DNA of 64,000 nt from Atractiella rhizophila (lineage: Eukaryota). Shown in pieces: positions 25,851 to 37,929 of the stretch. The stretch spans positions 1 to 64,000 of the forward strand of contig MU271191.1 of NCBI GenBank assembly GCA_021432655.1. Reading direction: 5' to 3'. The notes under the pieces were generated by a model. That model saw only the letters and a list, made by a program, of their open reading frames with translations, had not been told where the DNA came from and did not search any database. The translations under genes were made by a program, and so were the position numbers. Positions within the stretch are counted from its first letter, which is position 1; each line of letters opens with the position of its first letter.

Positions 25851-27369
25851 TGGTCTTGAGAGAGGTCATGATGGAAGTTCCACCAGTGCTTCCGCGAATC
25901 GGGTACTTGTCGAAACTTCCTCTTCCAAGCTCGCCATTCGGCAGGAGCCCGTGTTCCTACGGTGTAGGGGGACGGGCTCTGCTGCTTGTTCGAGGCGCTT
26001 CCCTTTGTCCAGGAGGACGTCATATCAGGGCAGAACGCTTACCCCAAGCGATGCTCAATGTTTCAAGACAGAGGGCATCTAGCGCTTTTGTCTTGCCGCA
26101 AAACTGAAATGACGAGCAGACTTTTTTAGGAATTCAGCGTTGTCATGACGTTCCTTGCCTGTGTTTGATGGAATTTTTGAAGTGGAAGAGTTGTCATTTG
26201 AAAGTCTGCAAATCCTGTTGATGTTCTCAGCCTTGTGACCCTGGTCGACAATCGGCTCCGGTGTGTTGCAAGTTAAATGGTTTTCAAAACTAACAGTATA
26301 GAACTTATGGAACACTGGTATATTCGTATGAACAACTGCTGGTGTGTCTTTGTCCTAAATATCAGATGTTAGGCAGACTTCCTTTGTGAATGCCTCCTTG
26401 GAGTATGGCAATGGTGCTGTCATGGGGATGGGATAAAACCCTATACCAAGCCTGATGACCGCCTGTTAGAGCATCACTCATCCTCTTGCTGTCCATTATG
26501 ATGATAGGTGCCCAAATTGAGAAAACCCGAAATGAAAAGTTCCCTCAAATATCATAGAGTGTGATGCAGTCACCCACATATGTCCAGGATACGACATGCC
26601 CTATGGCCTATGGCAAACACGTCACTGTGAAGTTCAGAGTGATACAGTACATAACAGGAAGGAAAAGCTCTGACGACTGTTGATGAAAATTCAGTGCTTC
26701 GAATCAGCCTTGGAAGGTCAAAGCTATCATCAAGAAGTTAACAAAGCAAAATTGACAGAAAAGGATGAAATATCGACTTCAGCTGTTGATCAATAGGTTC
26801 CCGCTGCTTTTCTGCTAATGATGAGCTCATATCATTATACTGTCTGCGCCACATTGTTTTCACAACAAGGTCGTTCTGAGACGGTCATAGGTGTCATCTG
26901 GAAATACGGCATGCACATTTTGACTTCCCTTTGAGATTAACTTCCCTCGTACTCAAGAGGCGTAGAAGAACAACTGAGCAACTAACGACCCCACAGGGAC
27001 AACGGTGAAACATGATGAGTGGTGAACTTAATGTTTGACACTTGGTATTTCGATGAGTATGGAGTGTTTTCACTTGATCCTTTAGTATTATGTGGAGCTA
27101 AGTGAATACGTTCTATATCCCGAAAAAAAGCTGGACTGCTACTAATTTGATTGACTTTCACATATTGAATATGCCAAACTTGTCCTATTCTCCTTTTCTC
27201 TCATGCTAATGCTTTCCTGAGTGTTCAAAATTTCGTGACAGAGTATCTAGCAAGTAGCAACAAGTAAGACCTACGATATACAACCTGTAATCAGACCTTT
27301 TAAAGCTTAGAATGTGAATAAAGTGATGTATACTGGTGTCAGCTTTTGCTGTAACTGCATGTCTTTGTC

Positions 27370-27460
27370 CTTTGTCCTTCGTTCGATGGCCCTGCAGTCG
27401 ATTCATGAGGCTTTGGTGAGGAACACGAAATGTTCTTGTTGGAGATGTGTAAAATGTTAG
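27370..27460 (-). mobile_element. Possible pogo-type psq HTH remnant
   Basis: RTFRVPHQSLMNRLQGHRTK resembles the psq helix-turn-helix of fungal pogo transposases. Confidence 0.35.
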
Positions 27461-28397
27461 TAATACTTTCGTCATGAACATTCTGGAAGTTTCTATTTGC
27501 CACAAGCTCTCATGTATATAAACACCCGTTCTTATGTTTCTGCTGCCCATGCATTTGCAAGAGCTCAGCCAAACGTAATACATTTGTTTGAGGTTAACAA
27601 AGCAGCAGAGAAAAACAACAGTTCTTGCTATGGCAGTAACACTGATAGGAAACTGCTTTCCCTTGTTCTTGGCCTGTCTCTTGATGTAGGCAGGGGTGTC
27701 TTGAATGAGCTGTCGAGTATAGGCTTCGGATTTGTTGAGAGCTTCAGTCTTCACTTTTCAAGATTTGGGAAGTTGTTATTTTGGTCTGGTCATGACCTAA
27801 GGCTCGTTTATGATGCTGAGGGGCTCCTGAGGGCTGAAGGAATGTTGGATGAGCTGTTGTGGTGGAAGAGGGAGCAGTGATGCAATGTGTGTGAGCATGT
27901 CACTGTCAGGTGAATCAAGGTTCACCATGAGGCCAGGAATGGGGAACCGCTACTTTCGATGTTGATTGCTCTCATAATCGTTACCCGATAAGCTATTCCA
28001 CTTGACGATAACATCTAAACAATCGAGCTGAACATAGGCTGTCACGGTTCCTTAAATATCTCAAATCTATGAATGGCATCACACTTTTTGTAACAAAAAA
28101 ACTACAAAGTCATCACCGTTGACCTAAGGGGTCGTTGGCCCATGCACTCATCGGCTCTGAACATCCATCCGCAACGACAGAACAAATGCTCCGACGTCTC
28201 CCCATAAAAGAGCATAGGTTCTTTCCATCAATGACAGCCCGTTTCAGTTCCGAATTTTGATTGCTACTGGATGACAGAATCGTGCGCCTCCTCCTTTTGG
28301 CACTTGTGCACTTGCGCGTTTAGTTTCCTTTGAGCACTTTCTAGAACTGTGGCCAACCTTTTGCCACAAGGATCTCTCTGTTATAAAAGCTTGTAAA

Positions 28398-28510
28398 CCT
28401 GCAAGTGCGAGACTTATACTCATTGTTATCTCGCACTTCGCAGGTAATGTAGTTCCCTTACGTACTGAATGCAACATATACTCATTGTTATCTCGCACTT
28501 CACAGCACTA
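28398..28510. repeat. Probable hAT-type element end with inverted and direct subterminal repeats
   Basis: acctgc-aagtgcgaga...tctcgcactt-c-gcaggt hairpin; tatactcattgttatctcgcacttc repeated twice; ends in cagcacta (TAGTGCTG on the minus strand). Confidence 0.45.
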
Positions 28511-29384
28511 ATACATTTGTCATTATTTTGATTCCTAGGTCGGTACAGAGCTTTCGAAGCCAAATAGCTTCACGAGCAGCATGCGAGAGGGCGACATACT
28601 CAGCTTCTATCATTCCCACAATGTTCCCAGATCAGTAAAATGGCTCATCCTCAGGGCAGAAGTAGTTTCATGGAGGTAATTGTATCTCAAATCACATTGT
28701 GGAGGCCCGTGGAGGCATAAGTTGAGCTTCGACCTCCTCCAGGAGGCATATGCTCAATGTACACTTCCTCCTTGATGTGTTGTCTCCTCCAGGCTCCTCC
28801 AGATGCCCCCTGTCAGCTTCCTCTTAGTTATTTTCTAATATCTAGTGCAATGACATGTATTTCTATTGTTAAAAGCTCAATGTGAGTACTTCCACAATAC
28901 AAAAGACCCAATTAATTTGCGAGGAAAGTGTCAGCACTATACACCGTCCTCACTCTTTTGACAACTACATAGTATGCTCACCACTATTTACTGGCATGTT
29001 CTTCAACCTCTTCTACTAGTATATACACTCCTTTCTAGCAATGTTCTAGGTCCGGTTCAGTGCAAAGAATTTATGAATCATCCTAAGGACCTTGCTATTC
29101 CAATCAAGCCGAAAGATGCTAACACATTGCACATTGTTAGGTTCCTGTGGAGTTCTCTTCTCCCTTCCCTCTTCCTATTCATTTCCTTGATTCTATGCCT
29201 TCCTCAAGCTCCAATGGTTTGAAAGTCCGGGAAGTGGTGATTAGGTATATGGATTTGGGAATCCATCAAACCCCTGACCTTCCCCACCCCCTACCCATAG
29301 GGCTCACATGCAGGTGGGTATAGGAAGCTCCTCCAAGCTTAGGAACCCGAGGGTTTCCCCTTGTTAACCATGCACGGAGAGGTT

Positions 29385-30200
29385 CTTCCAACCCACTCAA
29401 ATGGAGGGGTGTACCACTCTCTCCTCAGATTCCTCAAGGAAGAAATCTCTAGGCTCACAAATACAGTAGTAGACAAGGAGTATCGCCAAGCTCTTCTTGA
29501 CTGCTATTACAAGTTGTGTGATTACCATTATCGATTTGATCTCTCGCTGTATTACATCTATGCGATTAGTGCATCATTTCTTGACCTTCTTTCCATGCCA
29601 ATTAAGACATGGAGCAGTCTGTGATCCTCGTCTTGGTGTCTCTTTCTTGGACTCCTCCATGTTTGACTCCGAACGTGATGAGATTGAGCAGCACAAACAG
29701 AACTTCATTAACCTCTTTCGGAATCAGTCCTACAAAGCTCCCAGCACCTCTTCACAACCCATTCCTTCTCAACTGCAGCCGCTCCCAAAGTCAATGAAAG
29801 GAAGGGTAAACCTGACCGCTAATTTCCTTGCTACGATTCAGCAAGGCCCAGGAGCAGGAGCTGAAGAAGCTGTGATGAAGGAGATCAATTATTTGTTTAG
29901 GTTCGAAGCTTTGGCGTGGGACTCTGATCTGTTAGCCTTTTGGAAGTACAGTCAACACACAACCTTGAAAACCTTGCACATTTGGCTCGAGATATCTTGG
30001 CTATTCCAGGTAAGTATCTCCGCATTGAGTGCAGCTGATATAAATGTTGATAGGGTGTGCTGTGGCAGTTGAGCGGATCTTTTCTGGAGCTCGCGATACC
30101 ATTGGTTTATGACATTGTTGCTTGGATCCAAAAGTATAAGTGACCTCATTATGCTCAAGACCACACTGCGAGTGCAGCGAAAGTCTCACCTCATGGAATT
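29385..30200 (+). mobile_element. hAT transposase C-terminal fragment (dimerisation domain)
   Basis: YYKLCDY, CDPRL, EINYL, DLLAFWK, LARDILAIPG [intron] VAVERIFSGARDTIG..LDPKSISDLIMLK. Confidence 0.85.
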
Positions 30201-31029
30201 GCAAAGGAGGTAAAGGCAATGGAGAATGATATTGCAAGAGGTTCGTCATGGTCAGATGAGCTGACTTTATTTTACACATTATACACTCATAGAATTGAGC
30301 ATGTAACACGGATTCTGTCATCCTATGCTGTCTTTAGCCGGCCTCCATCAGTCTCTGAGGCTGAAAAACTGATGGCGGTACGGTACGAGCCGAGACAAGG
30401 GCACGTCCCGTCTGGAAGTGCTCCGAAAACGACGATACGATACCCATCCCTACTCACAAAAGTCTCTGATTTTGAACCCCAAGCAGCTCTCGCCAAGGCT
30501 TACATCCTGAACCCATGAGACAGCCTCTTCCGAAGAATCTGTTGCTTCTCAACGTGGGGCATGCTGGCCTCTTTCCACGATCGTGATTAAGCGGAACTTT
30601 TGTTATCGTCTCTCACATTTTTTCCAAAGGTCTCGACATTTACATAAAGAGTTTCTCAGTCATTATCCAGGAATTCAACCCAACTCAACCTTCACGATTT
30701 TGAAGCCAATTCGGACATACCGAAATCTGAAATCCACAACCATGACATCACTGCCTGACCTCAAATATCCTCCACCATCACGGTGCCACCCAACCTTAAA
30801 GTGCTTTCATCTCTCTTTCAAATGTGTGCTTTGTAACGGGGAGTGCAAAGCCACGGACCATCAACAATGCCCCTCAGTGGGGAGTGGACATTTTCTTGAT
30901 GTGACTCTGTCAGTCCCTCCTTTAAGGGGCAAGAATACCAAATCTGATGCCTCAATCATGTCCTCAACCTGGTTGCAAAGGTATGTTCCTTAGTTTCTAA
31001 TCACATTTCTTACCAGACATCCTTTCAGG

Positions 31030-32745
31030 CTCTGATCTCACCCTTCATGAAAGAGAAGAAAGAAGGAAGAAGGGCGAATAAACTGAGAGATTTGAAGATG
31101 ATGGAGCTGTAAACATCAGCAAGGAAGAGGCTGCCATAATCGATAAGATAGTGGCAAGCCATGATGCAGCACAGGAAGCTATGGATGATGAGATTATTGA
31201 AGAGATATCAAATGAAGCGTTGAAGGAACTGGAACAGGAGGATTCATTAAGAGCTGATTATAAGAAACTGAACATCAAGTTCAGTACGAGTACCAAACTA
31301 TTTGTGGATGTGTTCAAAAGCTCCGTACAGCTTGATCATGTATTCTTTGCTTAAGACATTGCAGATTTGGGAACTGTCTCACAAGATTGTTAATGGCAGC
31401 TCGATGAACACGGAATTTCGGCATCTTGTGGAGCGATTTACAAGAACCTTACAGATGCACGTCTTCCAATCCGAGATGTTGTCATCTGGTGGAACAATCT
31501 CTTCCTCTGCCTCGAACGAGCCCTCCTGCTCCGACAAGCTTTCGATGGTCTTACAGAACAGAGCTCATTCAAACTTAAGAAGTATGAAGCAATGGAGCCC
31601 GAATGGAAAGTCCTAGGTGAATTGTGGGATGTTTTCAAGCTTTATCAATTGCTTCGATTTAATCTGTGCAAGATCTGAGCCTGGTCTGTAGTCTTTCTAT
31701 CGAGCCACGGTCAAGCTATCTACCAAGAAACGGGTGCTCCTTATTGACGTAGCCCTTATCTCGATAAGTTTGACCATAACCTTCGCAACATCAAGTTTAA
31801 CCGAAATGTGAATCTGTTTATTCGGTTGGGTGCTTGTCACGATTGCGGTTCTTAATAAATATTATTCAAAAGCTTGTCAGGAGACAAGCATATATAAGTT
31901 GGCAATGGGTTCGTTTCTCTTGGTTATTATTACTGAGCTGTTGTGAACTTCTAGTACTCCACCCTTATCACAAACTTAAGTACTACAAACCCGCAGGGTG
32001 GCTCACCTCCTGGATTCAAGATATTCGGACATTGCTACATGAGGAGTTCAAGACCTGCCATTCTACTCCTTCTGCAGAGACCATAGTTGCCACTGATTTG
32101 CAGGATGATGAGGACTCTGATATGGAGGAACAGTTTCCATATCGAAAAGATTACCAGAAGACAGTTGAGACAGAATATGATGAGATCAGGCGGTACTTAG
32201 AAGATTACTTGGAGAAGACATGGGACTTCAATGTACTGGCTTGGTGGAATGGAGAACGGCAAGCAAGCCGATATCCTAATCTTGCGAAGCTAGCAATAGC
32301 TGTGCTCTCCTGCCCTGGTGTGTACCATTTCCTTACTCCTTACCTTCTGGTGACCCTTCCTTAGTGACCAGTACCGATACGGAACATGCTTTCAGTGCAG
32401 GAGGACTTCAATCACTGGCCTCCGGCACAATCTATCGCAAGATTCACTCTGCTATGGATTTAGGCTCCTGGTATGATGCTGGATCGTTTTCTGGGACAGA
32501 CAAAGAGCTTTTTGATTCCTTTAAGACAAAGTAGACATATACACACATACAAACCAATCAGGACTACTCTTTCCCACCCCACTTCATGACTGAATCATGA
32601 AGTGTCATGAATAATCACCTGAGAATTATGACTTGTCATGAACGTCATGTATGATGTGTCACATGACCGATGAATTGAAATTTTGGTTGAAAAAGTCATG
32701 ACTAGCCATCGTGAACTTATCATGAACTTGTTAAGCGAGTCCCTA
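31030..32745 (+). mobile_element. hAT transposon 3' part (catalytic and dimerisation domains plus 3' end)
   Basis: IRDVVIWWN, LERALLLR, EWKVL, LHPYHKL, DEIRRYL, VLAWW, YPNLAKLAIAVLSCP, TSTDTEHAFS. A CATGA/TCATG subterminal repeat array (32585..32725) follows, ending in gagtcccta (TAGGG-type TIR on the minus strand). Confidence 0.88.
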
Positions 32746-32759
32746 CCTGCATGGTCCCT

Positions 32760-32945
32760 TCAATGCCTTTGTCCACAAAGGCAGCGGAAGATTGGAAGGA
32801 CCAGCTGTGCAAAGCTACCGCTTCAGCTGGCCTTCCATTTTAGTGGATTGAGAATCTTGCTGTGCAAAAGTGCTCTACCATGTTGTGGCCTGCAGTGGAA
32901 GAGCACTTTCCTTCAGCCAGATCCTTGAGTAGTGGGATACTAAAT
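32760..32945 (+). mobile_element. hAT transposase N-terminal remnant
   Basis: AGLPF.WIEN...FPSARSLSSGIL resembles the hAT post-BED region. Confidence 0.45.
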
Positions 32946-34223
32946 ATGGGGATCACTGCCACTAAGTATGTCCTTGCCACTGCCTGCCTCCTTCCTCTTT
33001 GTACCACCCCCACTTGGCGAGGGGGTTCGCCGGGTTTGATGAGCTCATTCAAGCTGGTTTTATTCAGTTTCTTTGTGTTTTTGTTGGAGATGGTGGTTTT
33101 TTGTTTTTTCCTTCATTGTTCGTACATTCATGGTTCCTGCTATGCACAAACGGACTTGATAGTCAATCCCGCCGCAATGGACGGTTCGCCTAGCAGACAT
33201 TGGGGACTGGACGCGGTCAATCACAGGTTTCCAGGAATGGGCTCGTTGGCGCCGTGTGAGTTGACTGAGTGTGCAATCGGTCCCAATGTACACAGCAAGG
33301 GCTCAGAACCATTCCTCTACCCTCTAAAAGGTTTGTCCAACAGTCTTCTGCAAATAACAAGGGATCCTCAGAATAATGCGAAGAAGGAGGGAGGACAAGC
33401 TAGGAGAACAGCCACTACCGGATGGGGCTGAGGCAGACAGGCAGATGTGGTCACGGCCTATGTTTTGCACTCTGTACAACATTGTGCATATCAGATTTGG
33501 TTGGAGAGGAAGGTTTTCATTTGTGTAAGAATGGTGTTGCTGACTTAGGGAGGACATCGACATTCTTCCATGAAAGTTTAAAGCCATACCCCAGTGTCGC
33601 TAACTGGATGGAGATGAAGGTTGGAGGTTATAGGGTTTGAGACTAGAAGGAGGCTAGAGAGGATGGTTCGAGGAATGAAGGTTGAGTGGTTAACCAGATT
33701 CATGTGGAAGCAGTTGGACCTGGTCTTGATGTAGTATAACCTCCCAACCATACCTTCTCTATGACAAGGATTAGCAAGGGATGTTATCAGAGGGAACGGT
33801 ACAGCGCGACACTGATCCGCACTCAATTTCGGAACTTTGGAAAGGTTATGAGTTTGCGAGGAGTTCTCCTTCTTCCCTTTCTTCCCATGATCACTGCAAG
33901 TCACACCATGCACACCAAGGTGATATTCTTGAGAGACCTGGTTTGTGTGCCCTTGATCCATGTTTGAAGTTGCTGCATTCACAAATGCGATCTGAATTCA
34001 TTCGATGTAATCTCATCTCATCTCCTCTACTGTAAGTCCTTCAATTGAATGATGAACAAGAACCCGGTGAGGCACATTTCTTTCGCTGTCCATTTCTCCT
34101 CCGAGGACATCAATGACAGAAACTGCTGAAGACAAAGTGGCACTTATGTGAATGGCTTTTAGAAGAAAGAAAAGGATACATGTTCTCATTTGGTCTTGCA
34201 TCTTGCAGTCTCATTTCATAGTA

Positions 34224-35022
34224 CAGTCAGACCCCTAACATACCGGCCTTGGTGGACCACCTAAGCTTGCATATGAGCAGGGGCACCAAAATGGGGGACT
34301 TGGGGTTGGAATATCATTGGAAAACATCGGATATCACAAGTGGGTATGTTATATTAACTGGAACCATAAAGCAAATACTTAATGTTGTTTAAACAGATCA
34401 AGCTACCCATTTGACAATGAGAGCCATCCACTTCCAGGAATCACCATAACTGTTGTAAATCTTTTCCATTTCTCACGTAGAACCACATCAGTGAGGATGA
34501 TACTGCGGTAAAGCTGCGGCTTGACCCATTGGATGAGCGCTGCCTCAACCTCTGGATAGAGGTCAACGTGTCATTTTTTCATGGCCAAGTTTTCAGATTT
34601 GTCTGCTTCTTTCCAAATTTTGTTCTTGTCTTTGAAGTATCGAGACAGAGTTGCTGTGTTGAGAGTATCGAAACCATTCTTCCTCCAGTGTTGTGCTTGT
34701 TCCTTCAAATTCATTCCCTTATTCTTCTCGGCATAATCTAAAAATGCCAGTTTGTCAAGATTCATGGGACAGCAATACTTTCGCTTGAGAATGACAGGTT
34801 GGGCTGAAGAGAGGTCGCCCTGAACACGCTTTGGATGCGCTGCTGTGGTTGTGATTGAAAGAACATTGGTAACAGCTGAACTTTTATGTGCTTCTTTTGT
34901 TTTTGGCACCAGGCCGGACGAGTGGTGGGTTGAGACAAGGATAAAATTTCAAGGGAGTCGTGCGACCGTGACTTTGCGTGCCAAAAGAAGGTTCTGAAGG
35001 TCACATGCCGCACTCTCAAACA
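34224..35022 (-). mobile_element. pogo/Tigger-like (CENP-B HTH) internally deleted element, copy 1
   Basis: TA|CAGTCAGA terminus at 34224. Encodes TLNTATLSRYFKDK..YPEVEAALIQW..LREKW..LSNG (Tc5/CENP-B HTH). Close paralogue of 56923..57565. Confidence 0.85.
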
Positions 35023-35565
35023 TGGGACCCTCAAATGGAAGCACAGACTTAATCCTACTGGTGGGACGACTTCCCAATAGCCACACCGAAGGTCGATTCA
35101 ACCTCTCATGAGAATGTCTTAGCGTTTCTTCAACAGTCATTCTCAATGCTCCTTGTCGATCTTCATGGCAACGATCATGAAGTATGTCTTCCCACCTTGT
35201 GTCATATCACACTGATTCTTTCTCCTGATTAGGGAGGGACAATTTAAGGATCGATAAATTTACATGCTCAATCCTTCTACCCGGGAATCACACCATTGTG
35301 TCGCGTTGTGGAGGCTTCTGGAGTGAAACAGATCATCCACTGCTGTAAGCTTTGTCTTTTACACAAATGGCCTTTACAGAACTCATCTGGCGCTCTGAAA
35401 ACAGTCATTGACCAGCCGCGGACCCAGATGTGCCGCTTGGTTCAAGAATTACTGAAAGCAAAATCAACTTACTGGGGGATAAATGATAATTTTAAGGATA
35501 GAATTTACAGCAACTGGTAATGTGCAGTAATCGCCGTCTCCACCGGTCTTCCATATCAACACCTG

Positions 35566-36614
35566 TGGTGAGTTTACCCGTGTTGAGTCAAATTAAGCCG
35601 CAGGCTCCACACCTGGTGGTGCCCTTCTGTCAATTCCTTTAAGTTTCAGCCTTGTGACCATACTCCCACCCAAACCTAGACTTAAAGATTTCTCTTCAGG
35701 TGCCGAAGCTTGTCCAATACCTAGTCGGCATAGTTTACTGCTAAGACTACAACGGTATCTGATCATTTTCGATCCCCTAACCTTCGTTCTTGATCAATGA
35801 AATCATCCTTGGCAAATGCTTTTGCAGAAGTTCATCTTGCTAGAATCCAAGAATTCCACCTCTGACCAAGCAATATGAATGCCCCCGACTATGCCTATTA
35901 ATCATTATGGTGAATTTAGAAACCAACAAAATAAAGACACACATCCTATTCTATTATTCCATGCTAATGTATTCGGGCAAAAGTGAACACTCTAATTTTC
36001 TCAAAGTAAAAGTCCTGGTCCTGGTTAATTGACACACCCAACGAAAGGCATGCCGACCCACCAAGAGGTAAGCTTTCATCAAGACCAGTACACACCAAAA
36101 AGGCAGACTGGCAGACAGAAGCCGAAGTTTGACTACGTGCTTTTTAACAGAGCCAACTTTAATATACGCTATTGGAGCTAGAATTACCGTGGCTGCTGGC
36201 ACCAGACTTGCCCTCCAATTGATCCTCGTTAAGGGGTTTAAATTGTACCCATCCCATTATAAGACCCATAGGGCCTCATATTGTTATTTATTGTTACTAC
36301 CTCCCCGAATTGGGATTGGGTAATTTGCGCGCCTGCTGCTATCCTTAGACATGAGGGCCATTTCTCAGGCCCCCTCTCCGGAATCGAACCTTTATTCCCC
36401 GTTACCCATCATAACCATGGTTGGCCTCTATCCTACCATCGAAAGTTGATAGGGGAGATATTTGAATGAAGCATCGCCAGTGCAAGGCCCTGTGATTCAA
36501 GAAGTTATCATGATTCACTAAGAAGATCCGAAGGCCATTGGTTTTTTATCTCATAAATACTCCCCTTCCAGAAGTTGGGGATTTTCATCATGTATTAGCT
36601 CTAGAATTACCACA
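35566..36614 (-). pseudogene. 18S rRNA gene fragment (dispersed, degenerate rDNA pseudogene)
   Basis: Reverse complement of universal SSU motifs: gtgttgagtcaaattaagccgcagg, tgtcaattcctttaagtttc, attaccgtggctgctggcacc, ccggaatcgaacc, tattagctctagaattacc. Covers roughly SSU nt 150-1200, with no ITS or other rDNA flanks and mutations at invariant positions. Confidence 0.97.
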
Positions 36615-37630
36615 GGACAGTTAGATGGGATGGTGGGACATATGCCAAAGGATGGCAGTCCAGTCTTTCAGTATTTCCCAAACATCTTTGCTTTTGGGTT
36701 GCATCTGCAGAAAGTGGACAGTGTGAATGGGTTTCTAACAGCCAAGCCTTCCTTCTTTGCAGAGAGACACCAACTTCTACCAGCATGCCACTTTGCAGGT
36801 CAGGTGGTTAGAAGCACCACCCGTGCCCTTTTGGTGGCGGTGGAATTCATTAGGATGCTTGGAGGAAAGGCTACGTAGTCGCTGTCATATTCCTTGATGC
36901 CAATGGGTCCATTCATCCATAGGAGACTCGTTTCGAACAATCGATTCGATTTGCTCTTCTGGGACGTCATCTCATGCTTGTTCTGGTGGACAAAGAAGTG
37001 GGTAACAAAGTCTTCGGTTTTGGGGCATAAATTAGTGTGTTGTGGGAACATACACATAGTATCACAATTGATATCACAATCACAAGACAACATAATAGTC
37101 TGATTGCAAAATGTTTTCTGTCAGCTGAATTGTCCCTGAACATATGCATTTGGAAACAGTTGCCACGAAACTGTCTCCGTTGTCGATTGACGTAATGATG
37201 AAAAAGGTTCTGGTGAGGTGCCCAGTTGGCGCAGAATAGCCCGTTCTGACATTAGTGCAGGAGGTGCAGGTAACCAATGGAAATCAGTTGGAGGCCGTTG
37301 AGATCCTCTTGCTTGGGGGGGACTGGACGAAGATGCTGGGGATGAGGAGAGATTATGATCCTGCGGCAGAAGAGTTGTGACGACCGCTTGAGAAGCCGAA
37401 GGCCAGGATAACTTTGTACGATGCACAGGGGACGGCTGATCCTGGTCAGTAGTGTCTTGAAGTGCAGGCACAGGGATTGAGGTAAAGTCGTCCGCAGTTC
37501 GCGCATCCCAGACTTCTCTTCATGCGGCGTTGTCTGCAAATCAGCAACCTGAAGGACGTACAAAAGTCAGCATTTCCATCAAGTACTGATTGCGACTAGA
37601 AACCCACCTTTCTTGCTGCGAGAGAAACGT

Positions 37631-37929
37631 GAGCAGACCTGTCGCCCTGAGGGTCGGCGTCCGTCGGCGTTAAAACTGGTCCAAAAGTTATTGGACCAGT
37701 TTTGTGGGCAATTCTCCTCAAAATCCGAAAGCAAAACTCTTTCCTTTTGGCGATCCCCCCCCAGGCAAACAAAACACCCCGAGGGACCAGCGAAACCCCC
37801 CCCACAACCAAAAAAAAAAAAAGTTTTGCGTTCGGATTTTGAGGAGAATTGCCCACAAAACTGGTCCAATAACTTTTGGACCAGTTTTAACGCCGACGGA
37901 CGCCGACCCTCAGGGCGACAGGTCTGCTC
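37631..37929. mobile_element. Foldback/MITE-like element with 108-bp terminal inverted repeats
   Basis: 37631..37738 is the reverse complement of 37822..37929 with one mismatch; 83-bp spacer; no coding capacity. Confidence 0.85.

Noticed and set aside
32585..32725. CRISPR-like or regulatory repeat array (CATGA motifs)
   Set aside because: Short, irregularly spaced motifs next to a hAT terminus in a eukaryote; these are ordinary subterminal repeats.
35954..36469. Short ORFs inside the 18S fragment
   Set aside because: Spurious translations of rRNA sequence.
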